From assembly GCA_041665365.1 (NCBI GenBank), contig JBAYIY010000006.1:19602-83601 (forward strand): DNA of 64,000 bases. Direction: 5' to 3'. Position numbers and translations under genes: made by a program. Origin of the DNA: Patescibacteria group bacterium (GTDB lineage Bacteria; Patescibacteriota; Patescibacteriia; UBA9570). Positions 30,526-40,609 of this stretch are shown in pieces; the first letter of the stretch is position 1, and each line of letters starts with the position of its first letter. The notes beneath the pieces were generated by a model. The model was given only the letters and a program-made list of their open reading frames with translations. It did no database searches and was not told the origin of the DNA.

Positions 30526-32070
30526 ATGTCCCTATCCATACTGGGCCCAATTATTCTGGGTCTAATAGTGTTCGTGGTGGCCGTTGTTGTTGGCGGCCTA
30601 ATCGGTTACTGGTACCGTAAACAAGTAGCCGCTAAAACAACTAGCTCGGCCGAGGCCAAGGCTGAAACTATCATGCAAGACGCTAAACAAAAGGCGCAGT
30701 CTTTTTTGTTAGAGGCTAAAGATAAAGGCTTGAAAATTTTAGATGATTCCAAGCGCGAAGAAAATGAGCGCCGTCAAGAAGTGACCGCTGCCCAACGCCG
30801 CCTGGAGAAACGTGAAAGCATGTTTGATGAAAAACTGTTGGATTTAGAAAATAAACACACCAAATTACAAGATAAAGCCAAAGAATTGGAAAAACTCAAA
30901 GAAGATATCAATACTGTTAAAACCGAACAAGTGGCCCGCTTAGAAAAAGTGGCCGGAATGAATCGGGCTCAGGCGGTACAACTACTGGAAAAACGCGTGG
31001 AAGAGCAATCTAAAGAAGCCTTATTATCGCGTTTACGTAAAATGGAAGAACAGGGTAGTGAGGAACTGGAGCGTAAAGCCAATGAACTAATGTCGGTGAT
31101 TATCCAACGCTGTTCTACCAGTCATGCCACCGACACAACGACTACCTCAGTTCATCTTACTAGTGACGATATGAAGGGACGCATCATTGGTAAAGAAGGG
31201 CGCAATATTAAACGCATCGAGGAATTAACCGGCGTAGAGATATTAATCGATGATACCCCGCAAACTATTGTTGTCTCTGGCTTTTCCCCAATTCGTCGCC
31301 ATCTAGCCAAGCGCGCTTTGGAAATGCTGATGGAAGACGGTCGTATTCATCCGGCTAGAATTGAAGACTGCGTCGAACGAGCCAAACGAGATTTAGCTAT
31401 CGATATTAAAAAGGCTGGTGAAGATGCTTTATATGAAGTCGGTGTAACTGGCTTCGATCCAAAATTGGTATCTATTTTAGGCCGTTTAAAATATCGCACA
31501 TCTTTTGGACAAAATGTGTTACGCCATTCAATTGAAGTGTCTTTTTTAGCTGCGATGTTAGCCGAACATCTTGGCGCTGATGTCAATGTGGCACGTAAAG
31601 GTGGTTTGTTGCATGATATTGGTAAATCAGTTGATCATGAAGTGCAGGGAACCCATCCTGAAATCGGTCGTGATATTGCCAAAAAATTTGGTCTCACTGA
31701 TGCGGTTATTGCACCAATTCTCTATCACCACGATGATTATCCACCCACTCTTGAGGCTGTGATTGTGAAAGCCGCTGATGCTATTTCTGGTTCGCGCCCC
31801 GGTGCCCGTAAAGATACTTATGAAAATTATATCCAACGTTTGGAAGAACTAGAAAATGTCGCTTTAACTTTCCCTGGTATTGATAAAGTGTATGCTATTC
31901 AAGCTGGTCGAGAAGTGCGCGTGTTTGTACGCCCAGATCAAGTGGATGATTACACCGCCAATAAATTAGCCCGTGATATTGCTCTAAAAATTGAGCAAGA
32001 ACTCAAATACCCCGGTGAAATCCGTGTGACAGTAATTCGTGAAACCAGAGTGGTTGAATACGCTCGTTAA
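30526..32070 (+). CDS. rny: Ribonuclease Y
   Basis: N-terminal TM, coiled coil, KH domain (GRIIGKEGRNIKRIE), HD domain (LLHDIGK). Confidence 0.9.
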   Translation: MSLSILGPIILGLIVFVVAVVVGGLIGYWYRKQVAAKTTSSAEAKAETIMQDAKQKAQSFLLEAKDKGLKILDDSKREENERRQEVTAAQRRLEKRESMFDEKLLDLENKHTKLQDKAKELEKLKEDINTVKTEQVARLEKVAGMNRAQAVQLLEKRVEEQSKEALLSRLRKMEEQGSEELERKANELMSVIIQRCSTSHATDTTTTSVHLTSDDMKGRIIGKEGRNIKRIEELTGVEILIDDTPQTIVVSGFSPIRRHLAKRALEMLMEDGRIHPARIEDCVERAKRDLAIDIKKAGEDALYEVGVTGFDPKLVSILGRLKYRTSFGQNVLRHSIEVSFLAAMLAEHLGADVNVARKGGLLHDIGKSVDHEVQGTHPEIGRDIAKKFGLTDAVIAPILYHHDDYPPTLEAVIVKAADAISGSRPGARKDTYENYIQRLEELENVALTFPGIDKVYAIQAGREVRVFVRPDQVDDYTANKLARDIALKIEQELKYPGEIRVTVIRETRVVEYAR

Positions 32071-32073
32071 ATC

Positions 32074-32877
32074 ATGGAGCCATTACGTTTACTCTATATC
32101 GGTGATGTCGTTGGCAAGGCCGGTCGTCGCGCCGTTCAGACATTAGTGCCGAGCTTACGTCATGAACTCAAACTTGATGCTGTATTCATGAATGCCGAAA
32201 ATATGGCGCACGGTAATGGTGTGTCACATACCACAGTTGAAGACATGTTGACCGCTGGCGTAACTTTTTTTACGTCTGGTAATCATGTGTTTGATAATAA
32301 AGATGGGGTAGAATATTTGAAACGATCCGATAGTAAAGTGTTACGCCCGGCCAATTATCCAGCAGTGGCTCCAGGACGAGGACATACTGTCATTGAAATA
32401 GGCACTAAAAAAGTTTTGTTAATTAACCTGGCCGGACAAGTGTTTATGCCCCAACAAGTTGATAGCCCGTTTTATTGTCTGGATAATATTCTCAAACAAT
32501 ATAAATTAGATGATCTAGCCGCCGTGATTGTTGATGTTCATGCTGAAGCCACCAGTGAAAAACAAGCTCTGGCCTGGTATGCCGATGGTCGCGCCTCACT
32601 GGTAGTTGGTACTCATACTCACGTACCAACGGCCGATCTCCGTATTTTAACGCACGGCACTGGTCTGGTGTGTGATCTTGGTTCAGTCGCCGCAGCTGAT
32701 TCAGTGATTGGAGCCGATAAACATAAAGTGCTACAAAGATTCTTAACCCAAACACCCATTGCTCTTAGTCCAGCTGAAACCGGCGAGGTTATTTTTAATT
32801 CGGTCTATATTGAAATCGATCCTACCACAAAACACACTGTACAATTACAACGGGTTGATCGTATACTACCGGCATGA
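32074..32877 (+). CDS. ymdB: YmdB-like metallophosphoesterase (TIGR00282 family)
   Basis: MEPLRLLYIGDVVGKAGR...GNHVFD pattern; conserved rny-ymdB adjacency. Confidence 0.8.
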   Translation: MEPLRLLYIGDVVGKAGRRAVQTLVPSLRHELKLDAVFMNAENMAHGNGVSHTTVEDMLTAGVTFFTSGNHVFDNKDGVEYLKRSDSKVLRPANYPAVAPGRGHTVIEIGTKKVLLINLAGQVFMPQQVDSPFYCLDNILKQYKLDDLAAVIVDVHAEATSEKQALAWYADGRASLVVGTHTHVPTADLRILTHGTGLVCDLGSVAAADSVIGADKHKVLQRFLTQTPIALSPAETGEVIFNSVYIEIDPTTKHTVQLQRVDRILPA

Positions 32878-33152
32878 AAAAACTTGCCTTGATTACATTG
32901 GTAGCCGAAAAAGCCCGAGTTAATAGAAAAACCGCCGAGGAGGTGGTCGATGCGTTACTGGCTACCATCACAGAACAAATCAAACAAGGTGAAGAAGTCG
33001 CTCTCACCGGTTTTGGTCATTTCTCATCTCGTCTCCGCTCCGCTCGCTTAGGTGTTGATCCGTTACATCCTACTCAAAAAATCCACATGCCAGCCGTACT
33101 GGTGGTTAAATTCAAAGCCGGCAAGGCTTTAAAAGACGCGCTGAAAAAGTAG
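32874..33152 (+). CDS. hup: HU family DNA-binding protein
   Basis: 92 aa; KTAEEVVDALLATITEQIKQGEEVALTGFGHF...VKFKAGKALKDAL. Confidence 0.8.
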   Translation: MKKLALITLVAEKARVNRKTAEEVVDALLATITEQIKQGEEVALTGFGHFSSRLRSARLGVDPLHPTQKIHMPAVLVVKFKAGKALKDALKK

Positions 33153-33174
33153 TTTTTGTAATACCGTCTATAAA

Positions 33175-33441
33175 TTAACGTGTCCGAACTTGTTCTTTGG
33201 TTTTTTCAAACAACATGTGTTTCATCAATGATTGATAGGGCACATCTTCTTTATGAGCCAATAATTTGATTTCTTCCAGTAAAAAGACTGGTAACCGCAA
33301 AGCAATTGTTTCTGTGGATGGTTTTAGGTTTGGAAACCGAACCGATTTAGCCTGATCGATTTTGAAATAATCAGTGGCATCGTGGTCACTCCAAAAATCA
33401 CGTTCTTGATCTTCAGTTTTAAAATTAGGTATTTTTTTCAT
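33175..33441 (-). CDS. brnA: BrnA-like antitoxin (type II TA system)
   Basis: 88 aa; DFWSDHDATDYF...ALRLPVFLLEEIKLLA pattern, 4 bp overlap with upstream brnT. Confidence 0.6.
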   Translation of the reverse strand: MKKIPNFKTEDQERDFWSDHDATDYFKIDQAKSVRFPNLKPSTETIALRLPVFLLEEIKLLAHKEDVPYQSLMKHMLFEKTKEQVRTR

Positions 33442-33718
33442 AGGCGTTTCGTTCTTTTTTAGACATTGATCGAGCTGAGATAATGCGAATATATTGCTTT
33501 CTAATAGTAAAAATAATGGTTAAAAATTCTTTGGTATTTGTTTGGCCGAGAGCGACCCATCGTTGTTCTTGTGTACTGGAATGAATTTGATCTTCTGCTA
33601 TCACTAGCGGTTTGTTAAAAAGCACTTGTTCGGCTTCAGCGTTGGTAATATGGTGTTTTAACCAGTTTTTCTCAAGGTTACCATCATCCCATTGAAACCC
33701 GATAATATCAGTAAACAT
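33425..33718 (-). CDS. brnT: BrnT-family (DUF497) ribonuclease toxin
   Basis: FQWDDGNLEKNWLKHHIT matches the FEWD..K...N..KHGV signature of DUF497. Confidence 0.7.
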   Translation of the reverse strand: MFTDIIGFQWDDGNLEKNWLKHHITNAEAEQVLFNKPLVIAEDQIHSSTQEQRWVALGQTNTKEFLTIIFTIRKQYIRIISARSMSKKERNAYEKNT

Positions 33719-33863
33719 ACGTTTGTTTCATGTATATCTCTATTATATACATTAAGTTGGGTGGTGTCAAATCCATTTTTTTGGTATTTTCAACGTATAG
33801 CCAGCCCCAAGACAGGTTACCCAACGGAATACTTCACCGGAGGGAAACAAATAGATATTGTAT

Positions 33864-34625
33864 TTATTGCCCAGCTAGGTTGTTTAAATGTTCCAGATTG
33901 CCGCCTTTATTAACATATACTTCATTTAGTAGCAGTAAATATTGTTTGGGGTCGCCGAGGTTTTTCCGAAAAAAATCTTTCAAACTAATATGCATCTCTA
34001 TCAAATTAGATTCATATAATATTTCTTTAGAATACCGAGGAGCTTTATTGTCTAAAACCCTGAGTGAATCCATGTCTCCTAACACAAAATCTAACCGCTC
34101 TTGTTTTTCACGATCTATAAAAAAGAATGGCATATCGCACATAATGTTTATATGTGCTCTAGTTGCTAGCTCGGCTTGATCAAGGACGCCGTCAATAAAT
34201 CTAGTTGTACCCTCATCTGGTTTGATCATTAATTCTCGCCCAGTTACGTTTTTGACAATGTCTGATCCTTTATTGCTTCCAATACAAATCCACTCATCGG
34301 TGTCGCCTAGGGTCATTAGTATTTTGTTTTCCGCATCATTCAAACGGTAGGTCGGAAACACGCGTAATCCGGCCGCTTTGGCAATAGCATAATTTTCCAT
34401 CGCTCGCTTAGCATGTTTATATTCTAGTCCGGGATTTTTTTCTCTAGTATGAAAATCCTTTACGGCCATTGTTTTGTGGCGCGTTCTTCCATCGGCTGCA
34501 CTTACCTCAACGTCAGCTAAAAAAACTCGACCGTACCAACCGCTTCCTAAAACGCGCTGTCGTGTAATATTAACTTCGTGTGGTTTTAATCCAGTGGCAC
34601 GCTCTGGAACAAAATGTTCTGACAT
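33864..34625 (-). CDS. Hypothetical protein with protein-kinase-like N-terminal motifs
   Basis: Glycine-rich loop VLGSGWYGRVFLADVEV followed by MAVKDF (beta3 Lys-like). Downstream catalytic-loop and DFG-equivalents are not canonical. Confidence 0.35.
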   Translation of the reverse strand: MSEHFVPERATGLKPHEVNITRQRVLGSGWYGRVFLADVEVSAADGRTRHKTMAVKDFHTREKNPGLEYKHAKRAMENYAIAKAAGLRVFPTYRLNDAENKILMTLGDTDEWICIGSNKGSDIVKNVTGRELMIKPDEGTTRFIDGVLDQAELATRAHINIMCDMPFFFIDREKQERLDFVLGDMDSLRVLDNKAPRYSKEILYESNLIEMHISLKDFFRKNLGDPKQYLLLLNEVYVNKGGNLEHLNNLAGQ

Positions 34626-34645
34626 ATAGTTATTTATAACATTGT

Positions 34646-34717
34646 GCCCCCGACTGGATTTGAACCAGTGACCGTTCGCTTAAGAGGCGACTGCTCTACC
34701 GACTGAGCTACGGAGAC
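34646..34717 (-). tRNA. tRNA-Lys (CTT)
   Basis: Reverse complement gtctccgtagctcagtcggtagagc...ctCTTaa...ggttcaaatcc...cgggggca. Confidence 0.7.
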
Positions 34718-34727
34718 TTGTTTTTTG

Positions 34728-34799
34728 TGCCCTCGGCAGGAATCGAACCCACGTCCCTGGTTCCGAAGACCAGTGCTCTATCCGTTGAGCTACGGGGGC
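34728..34799 (-). tRNA. tRNA-Arg (TCG)
   Basis: Reverse complement gcccccgtagctcaacggatagagcactggtctTCGgaaccag...gggttcgattcc...cgagggca; one C-A mismatch in the acceptor stem. Confidence 0.6.
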
Positions 34800-34844
34800 A
34801 GCGGGCAGTCTGACAAAAAGCTCGGTTACTGTAACGAATTCGCT

Positions 34845-35906
34845 CTAGTTAGGCAAGAGCTCCGGATTCATCATGTATGATCGAGCCACTACTTCAGTGA
34901 TCACCTTGTCATTATAAAGCCGTTTCAAATCTTGATCGATGGTGAACATATGTTCTTGCGCTGAGGTCTGCATGACGGTTTTTAATTGCGCGATTTTGTT
35001 TTCTCTAATCAAGTTTGATACAGCCGGTGTGTTCATCAGTATCTCACGAGCGGCCACGCGCCCACCATCAACATTGGGAATTAAAATTTGAGAAATAACC
35101 GCTCGTAATTCACTTGATAATTGATAACGTATTTGGTGTTGTTGGTGTGGTGGAAAAACATCAATAATCCGATCAATGGTTTCCGCTGCACCATTGGTAT
35201 GCAATGTCGCTAACACTAAGTGACCGGTTTCCGCTACCGTTAGTGCCGCTGCAATGGTTTCCAAATCACGCATTTCACCTACCATTATTACATTAGGATC
35301 TTGCCGCACAATGTGTTTTAAGGCTTCAGCAAAGGATAAGAAATCACGGTGTAATTCTCTTTGTCTAATAATGCTTTTATTTGATGTAAATAAAAACTCA
35401 ATTGGATCTTCTAGTGTAATTATGTGTGTTGAACGTGTTTGATTGATTTGTTCAATCATGGCGGCCAAAGAAGTCGACTTGCCACACCCAGTTGGACCGG
35501 TGACCAAAACTAATCCTTGATGTAAATTAGTTAACTGTGAAACAGTTTCATTCAAACCAAGTGCCTGCAAGGTTGGGGGATTAACATTAATCGCTCGAGC
35601 CACTAACCCCATATAGCCACGTTCCCAATGAGCATTAACACGAAAGCGAGCAATTTGTTTTACAGCATAGGCAAAATCTAACTCACGTTCTTTGGATAAT
35701 TGTTGTTGCTGTTCATCGTTCAACAGTGATAAAACAATATTTTGTGTATCTTCTGGAGTTAAGATCGGTTCCCCTGGGGCATCCAACAGTTGTCCGCTGA
35801 TGCGAAACAATGGGGGGTGACCAGCAATAATATGAACATCAGAAGCTCCATGTGAGACAGCGGCCACTAATAGTGTTTCGATACGATCTGGACGAATTTG
35901 AGCCAT
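34845..35906 (-). CDS. pilT: Type IV pilus retraction ATPase PilT
   Basis: 353 aa; Walker A LVLVTGPTGCGKSTS, Asp box, Walker B, His box; PilT length. Confidence 0.8.
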   Translation of the reverse strand: MAQIRPDRIETLLVAAVSHGASDVHIIAGHPPLFRISGQLLDAPGEPILTPEDTQNIVLSLLNDEQQQQLSKERELDFAYAVKQIARFRVNAHWERGYMGLVARAINVNPPTLQALGLNETVSQLTNLHQGLVLVTGPTGCGKSTSLAAMIEQINQTRSTHIITLEDPIEFLFTSNKSIIRQRELHRDFLSFAEALKHIVRQDPNVIMVGEMRDLETIAAALTVAETGHLVLATLHTNGAAETIDRIIDVFPPHQQHQIRYQLSSELRAVISQILIPNVDGGRVAAREILMNTPAVSNLIRENKIAQLKTVMQTSAQEHMFTIDQDLKRLYNDKVITEVVARSYMMNPELLPN

Positions 35907-35925
35907 ATGTTTATACTAATATATC

Positions 35926-36384
35926 ATGAAAAAAGTCGTTTGTCAATCATCTAGCGCTGGTGTTACTCACGCTTTTGCAGAAAAATTAGTGGCTAACCTC
36001 GCACACGGAGGTTTAGTTTTGCTCAGTGGGGAGCTAGGTGCCGGTAAAACCACCTTCGTACAAGGCATTGCCCAGGCTTTACACATCGATCGCTCCATAA
36101 CGAGCCCAACCTTTACACTAATGAATGTATATGAGACTTCTCATCTAATCATTCGCCAGCTTGTTCATATTGATCTTTATCGTTTGTCAGACAATGCAGA
36201 ACTAACCACGCTTGATATTCCAACTTGGCTAAGCAATCCGGCCGCTTTAGTTATTATAGAATGGCCAGAACGAGCCCCAGACTTATGGTCAAATGCTCTG
36301 GGTACAATTCAGTTTGGTTTGGGAGACACAGTCAATCAACGAACTCTAACTATGACTGGGTCACTGGCGGCTTATTTTGCCTGA
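35926..36384 (+). CDS. tsaE: tRNA threonylcarbamoyladenosine biosynthesis protein TsaE
   Basis: LLSGELGAGKTTFVQGIAQAL P-loop and SPTFTL motif. Confidence 0.8.
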   Translation: MKKVVCQSSSAGVTHAFAEKLVANLAHGGLVLLSGELGAGKTTFVQGIAQALHIDRSITSPTFTLMNVYETSHLIIRQLVHIDLYRLSDNAELTTLDIPTWLSNPAALVIIEWPERAPDLWSNALGTIQFGLGDTVNQRTLTMTGSLAAYFA

Positions 36385-37150
36385 AAAAATACAGTTGTTG
36401 TACGATGCTAAATAACGTTGAAGTCAACCAATACAGTGCCAAGCCAGCCGGAAACTGATAGCCAAAAATGGTCGTCATAATTGGCATCATATACATCATT
36501 TGTTTGTTTATACTAGCGGCCATATCTTCATCTTTACTGCCTTCGGTTTTAATAACCGGCCGCTTCGCTTGCATCATACGAATTTGCACAAAAGTGGCTA
36601 ACCCGGTTAACCCGGCAAATATGACATTTTTTGATTGCGCTAAATCTACTATACCGAAAAAGGACATGTTTATAGAGGTTGTGGTGTAAATATCACGTAG
36701 AAAGCCATACAGATGATTAACTTGCTCCACATTGAGCAGGTGAGTGGTCGGATCGATTTGTAAACCGTGCAAAAAGGCTTGGTATAAAGCAATTAAGATA
36801 GGTAATTGTATGATTAATGGTAAACAAGACGAAAACGGATTAACTTTATTATCTTTGTAGAACTGCATGAGTTGCTTGCCCAACTCTTCTTTATTATCTT
36901 TGTATTTCTCGCGAATGGCATTTATTTTTGGTTGTGTTTCTTGCAACTTCTTTTGTGATTTTAAAGCAGAAAAAGCTGGCCAAAATAATAATGATTTAAT
37001 GACTAATGTTAATACAATAATGGCCACACCCATATCGTGACCGGGCAAAAAATAATACAGCCACATCAAGGCATTAAAAATTGGTTCGTATAATATTGTG
37101 TTGTAGAGTTGTCCAAGCATATAATATTTATGGTACTGGGTCGTAACCAC
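36350..37150 (-). CDS. yidC: Membrane protein insertase YidC (short form)
   Basis: 266 aa polytopic protein in the rpmH-rnpA-yidD-yidC context. Confidence 0.8.
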   Translation of the reverse strand: MVTTQYHKYYMLGQLYNTILYEPIFNALMWLYYFLPGHDMGVAIIVLTLVIKSLLFWPAFSALKSQKKLQETQPKINAIREKYKDNKEELGKQLMQFYKDNKVNPFSSCLPLIIQLPILIALYQAFLHGLQIDPTTHLLNVEQVNHLYGFLRDIYTTTSINMSFFGIVDLAQSKNVIFAGLTGLATFVQIRMMQAKRPVIKTEGSKDEDMAASINKQMMYMMPIMTTIFGYQFPAGLALYWLTSTLFSIVQQLYFFRQNKPPVTQS

Positions 37151-37382
37151 CCGAAGTGAATGGGGTACAACGCAATATTCGTTTACTGCCTAAATAGGTG
37201 CCCTTGATTATGCCATAGCGCTCTACGGCTGTATAGGCATACTCCGAACAGCTTGGTTTAAAACGACACCCCATCAAAGTTAGCCCTCTAAGCAAGCCAT
37301 GATCTGGAGAAATGGTCTTTTGATATAGTCTAATTACCCACAATAATGCATGTCTAGGCCATAATCTAACTAATTCAATCAT
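37128..37382 (-). CDS. yidD: Membrane protein insertion efficiency factor YidD
   Basis: 84 aa; GC.F.PSCS.YA motif. Confidence 0.8.
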   Translation of the reverse strand: MIELVRLWPRHALLWVIRLYQKTISPDHGLLRGLTLMGCRFKPSCSEYAYTAVERYGIIKGTYLGSKRILRCTPFTSGGYDPVP

Positions 37383-37678
37383 AATAGCTGCAATTTATGA
37401 AATACTTGATTTATGGCTATGGAAAATTCTTTCGCGGCCACACCAACGGCTTTCTGTTTTACTACCACCACTACATCGTATGGTTTTTTGTGAAGTTTCC
37501 GAATAATGGCTCTTAGTTGTCTCTTTATACGATTACGCACTACAGCATGTTTATGGACTTGTTTTGATACTACCACAGTAAATTGAGGCTCGGTTGAAGC
37601 TAGAGCGTGTAAACGAAAAAAGGGGTGGTGAGCCACGACGCCTTTTTTATACACGGCTTGGATATCCCGATTTTTCAC
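37379..37678 (-). CDS. rnpA: Ribonuclease P protein component
   Basis: 99 aa basic protein, [10 protein letters not shown] motif. Confidence 0.85.
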   Translation of the reverse strand: MKNRDIQAVYKKGVVAHHPFFRLHALASTEPQFTVVVSKQVHKHAVVRNRIKRQLRAIIRKLHKKPYDVVVVVKQKAVGVAAKEFSIAINQVFHKLQLL

Positions 37679-37685
37679 GGTAAAA

Positions 37686-37826
37686 TTATTGCGCTAGACG
37701 CTTCCGACCTTTGCGGCGGCGGCTGACCAAAATCTTTCGTCCACTGGGAGTGCCTGATCTTTTTCGGAAACCATGTTCCTTAGTACGAGTCCGTTTTTTG
37801 GGTTGATAGGTTCGTTTAGTTGACAT
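37686..37826 (-). CDS. rpmH: 50S ribosomal protein L34
   Basis: Not in the ORF track (46 aa). Reverse translation [23 protein letters not shown]...GRKRLAQ. Confidence 0.9.
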   Translation of the reverse strand: MSTKRTYQPKKRTRTKEHGFRKRSGTPSGRKILVSRRRKGRKRLAQ

Positions 37827-37883
37827 AGCGGCACTATACACAGTTTCTCCACATGCTGTCAACAGTGTCTTGGTTTACATAGT

Positions 37884-39284
37884 GTGGTAGGATATCGGCC
37901 TATGAATTCCACACAACTCTGGGAAGCCTGCATGGCAGAACTTGAACTCACTCTAACCAAGGCCAATTTTACGACCTGGTTCAAACATACTTTTATTGTT
38001 GAATATAACGATCAATCTGTCACGGTGGGAGTACCTAGTGGTTTTATTAAAACCTGGATTGAAAATAAATACCATCACAGTATTTTAAAGTCATTGCAAA
38101 AAATTACTGATGGGAAGATAAAGCAGATTCTCTACAAAGTAGCGCCATTTAGTAAGCGCGAAGTGGTTAGCTTGCCTGAGGCTGCTCCACAAACACCGGT
38201 GGTACCTCCGGTAGTTCAACCATCCAAACCTGTTATTGCGCCTACTGCTACACCTCCAAAACAGGCCGAAATAAATGCGCGCTATACTTTTGATACCTTT
38301 GTGGTTGGCAAGAAAACCGAGTTAGCCTATGCGGCTTGTCGCGCAGTTAGTGAGAGCCCGGCCACGATTTATAACCCGTTGTTTATATATGGTGGAGTTG
38401 GTCTAGGAAAAACTCATTTAATGCAAGCTGTCGGCAATGCTATTCTACAGAAATTCTCCAATAAACGTGTGCTATATACTCCTTGTGAAACCTTCACTAA
38501 TGAATTTATTAAATCAGTTAAAGCGGGTCAACCGGATACATTTACGAACAAATACCGATCAGTTGATGTTTTACTGGTTGATGATATTCAGTTCTTGGCC
38601 GGTAAAGAGGGTACACAAGAAGCTTTTTTCCATACCTTCAATTTCTTACACCAAAACAATAAACAGATTGTGATTAGCTCTGATCGCCCTCCTAAAGCCA
38701 TTCCAACCTTGGAAGATCGTTTGGTGTCACGCTTTGAGTGGGGAATGATCGTTGATGTTGGTGCACCGGATTTAGAAACTCGGATTGCTATTTTGCAAAC
38801 CAAGTGCCAGGAAAAAAACATTCAGTTAGCCGACGATATCGTCCAATACATTGCCAGTGTGATTCAAAACAACATTAGAGAGCTTGAAGGCGCTTTAAAT
38901 CGTGTTATGGCTGCCACTCAGTTGACTAATACCAAACCAACGGTTGATAGTGTAAAGGGTCTACTGTCCTCCTTAGTACAAGCCCCCAAACATGGTGCTA
39001 TTACCACAAAACAAGTCCTCCTGGCAGTAGCTGAGTATTACACAGTAGCAGTTTCTTTACTTACTAGTAGCTCACGCAAAAAAGAATTGGTTTTCCCCAG
39101 ACAAATAGCCATGTTTATTATGCGCGAAGAAATGAATGCATCATATCCTGCTATTGGTGAAGAATTAGGAGGGCGCGATCACACCACAGCGATGCATGCT
39201 TATAACAAAATAAAACAAGATATGGAATTAAATGAGAAATTAGTACAAGACATTACTTTAATTAGACAAAAACTTTATTTATAA
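37884..39284 (+). CDS. dnaA: Chromosomal replication initiator protein DnaA
   Basis: AAA+ Walker A GGVGLGKTHLMQA, DDIQFLAGKE, C-terminal DnaA-box-binding domain. True start may be an internal Met. Confidence 0.95.
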   Translation: MVGYRPMNSTQLWEACMAELELTLTKANFTTWFKHTFIVEYNDQSVTVGVPSGFIKTWIENKYHHSILKSLQKITDGKIKQILYKVAPFSKREVVSLPEAAPQTPVVPPVVQPSKPVIAPTATPPKQAEINARYTFDTFVVGKKTELAYAACRAVSESPATIYNPLFIYGGVGLGKTHLMQAVGNAILQKFSNKRVLYTPCETFTNEFIKSVKAGQPDTFTNKYRSVDVLLVDDIQFLAGKEGTQEAFFHTFNFLHQNNKQIVISSDRPPKAIPTLEDRLVSRFEWGMIVDVGAPDLETRIAILQTKCQEKNIQLADDIVQYIASVIQNNIRELEGALNRVMAATQLTNTKPTVDSVKGLLSSLVQAPKHGAITTKQVLLAVAEYYTVAVSLLTSSSRKKELVFPRQIAMFIMREEMNASYPAIGEELGGRDHTTAMHAYNKIKQDMELNEKLVQDITLIRQKLYL

Positions 39285-39505
39285 CCTGCGGATAAGTTGT
39301 GCAGTGAGTGTGTGTGAAAAGTGTAATAAATTAAGCGGTAAAATTCATCCACTGGACATGCACAACTCTACACACAGTCTATTCCATCAACCAAGCAACA
39401 TATAATTCAACTATGTTAACACTAACTACCATTATCCACTTATTAACACCCCTTATTATTGTTATTATCTATTTATTTATATAATTTAATTAAGATACAG
39501 ATGTT
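39285..39505. promoter_or_regulatory. Candidate oriC (DnaA-box-like motifs plus AT-rich unwinding element) between dnaA and dnaN
   Basis: TTATCCACT, TCATCCACT and TTATCCGCA (as tgcggataa) box-like 9-mers, and the AT-rich stretch tattattgttattatctatttatttatataatttaatt. Confidence 0.5.
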
Positions 39506-40609
39506 ATGAAATTTTCCTGCACCCAAGAAAATTTAAAGCACGGCCTACTCATCGTCAGTCGAGTAGCTAATAAAAATGCGAACTTACCTATCCTGCAAAA
39601 TGTTTTAATTAAAGCCCAGGACAATAAAATAGTTTTAGCCGCTACTAATTTAGAAATTGGTGTCCAAGCAACATTGCGTGCCAAGGTGGACACTGATGGA
39701 TCATTTACATTACCAGCGCAACTATTTAGTAATTATGTAGCTTTATTAACAACTGAGAAGATTGATTGTGAATTACAGCAAAACGAATTAAGGGTCACAG
39801 CTAATGGCCAGGCTACAGTATTAAAAGGAGAGGGTGCGGGCGACTTTCCAATTCTACCAACCGTGGAAGGTGGGCAACATTATTCTCTAGTACGAGGTGA
39901 TTTAGAGGTGGCTTTGCAACAGACCATTTTAGCAGCCGCCATTGATGAAACCCGCCCAGAGATCGCCGGGATTTGTTTAATGTTCAGCGATAAAAATTTA
40001 AAGCTAGCAGCAACCGATAGCTATCGTCTCGCGGAAAGAACGGCGCCTTTAACACAGGTGGGGGAGAGTATGAAAATAATTCTACCACAACGCTCGGCGC
40101 ATGAATTATTACGCTTAATACAATTCATTCAAATAGAAACAGTTGATTTATTTGTCACTGAAACACAAATTGCTTGTCGGTTGGGTGAAGTTGAGTTTAT
40201 CTCTAGATTAATCGAAGGAAAGTTTCCTGATTACGAACAGATTATTCCTAAAGCCGGACAAACTACGGTGAGTTTAGATAAGAATGATCTAATGAAAGCA
40301 GTTAAAGGAGCAGCCTTGTTTAGTAAAACTGGAGTAAATGATATCAATTTGACCTTTAATGCCACCGATCAAACATTGCAAATAAAGGCAGTTAATACCC
40401 AACTCGGGCAAAACGTTACTACCTTACCAGCTCAGGTGGCAGGCGATGATGTGACTATAGTGTTTAATTACCGCTTCTTACTGGATGGGCTGCAATGTTT
40501 AATTGGTAATGAGGTGATTTGTTTATTAAATGGTCAACTTAGCCCGGCGTTAATAAAAGGTGGAAGTGACGATCTGTTTAATTATATTATCATGCCAATT
40601 AAGCAGTGA
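39506..40609 (+). CDS. dnaN: DNA polymerase III subunit beta
   Basis: 367 aa, three-domain sliding-clamp pattern; follows dnaA. Confidence 0.9.
   Translation: MKFSCTQENLKHGLLIVSRVANKNANLPILQNVLIKAQDNKIVLAATNLEIGVQATLRAKVDTDGSFTLPAQLFSNYVALLTTEKIDCELQQNELRVTANGQATVLKGEGAGDFPILPTVEGGQHYSLVRGDLEVALQQTILAAAIDETRPEIAGICLMFSDKNLKLAATDSYRLAERTAPLTQVGESMKIILPQRSAHELLRLIQFIQIETVDLFVTETQIACRLGEVEFISRLIEGKFPDYEQIIPKAGQTTVSLDKNDLMKAVKGAALFSKTGVNDINLTFNATDQTLQIKAVNTQLGQNVTTLPAQVAGDDVTIVFNYRFLLDGLQCLIGNEVICLLNGQLSPALIKGGSDDLFNYIIMPIKQ

Noticed and set aside
37827-37883. rpmH-dnaA intergenic spacer as oriC
   Set aside because: At 57 bp it is too short and lacks clustered DnaA boxes. The dnaA-dnaN spacer is the better candidate.
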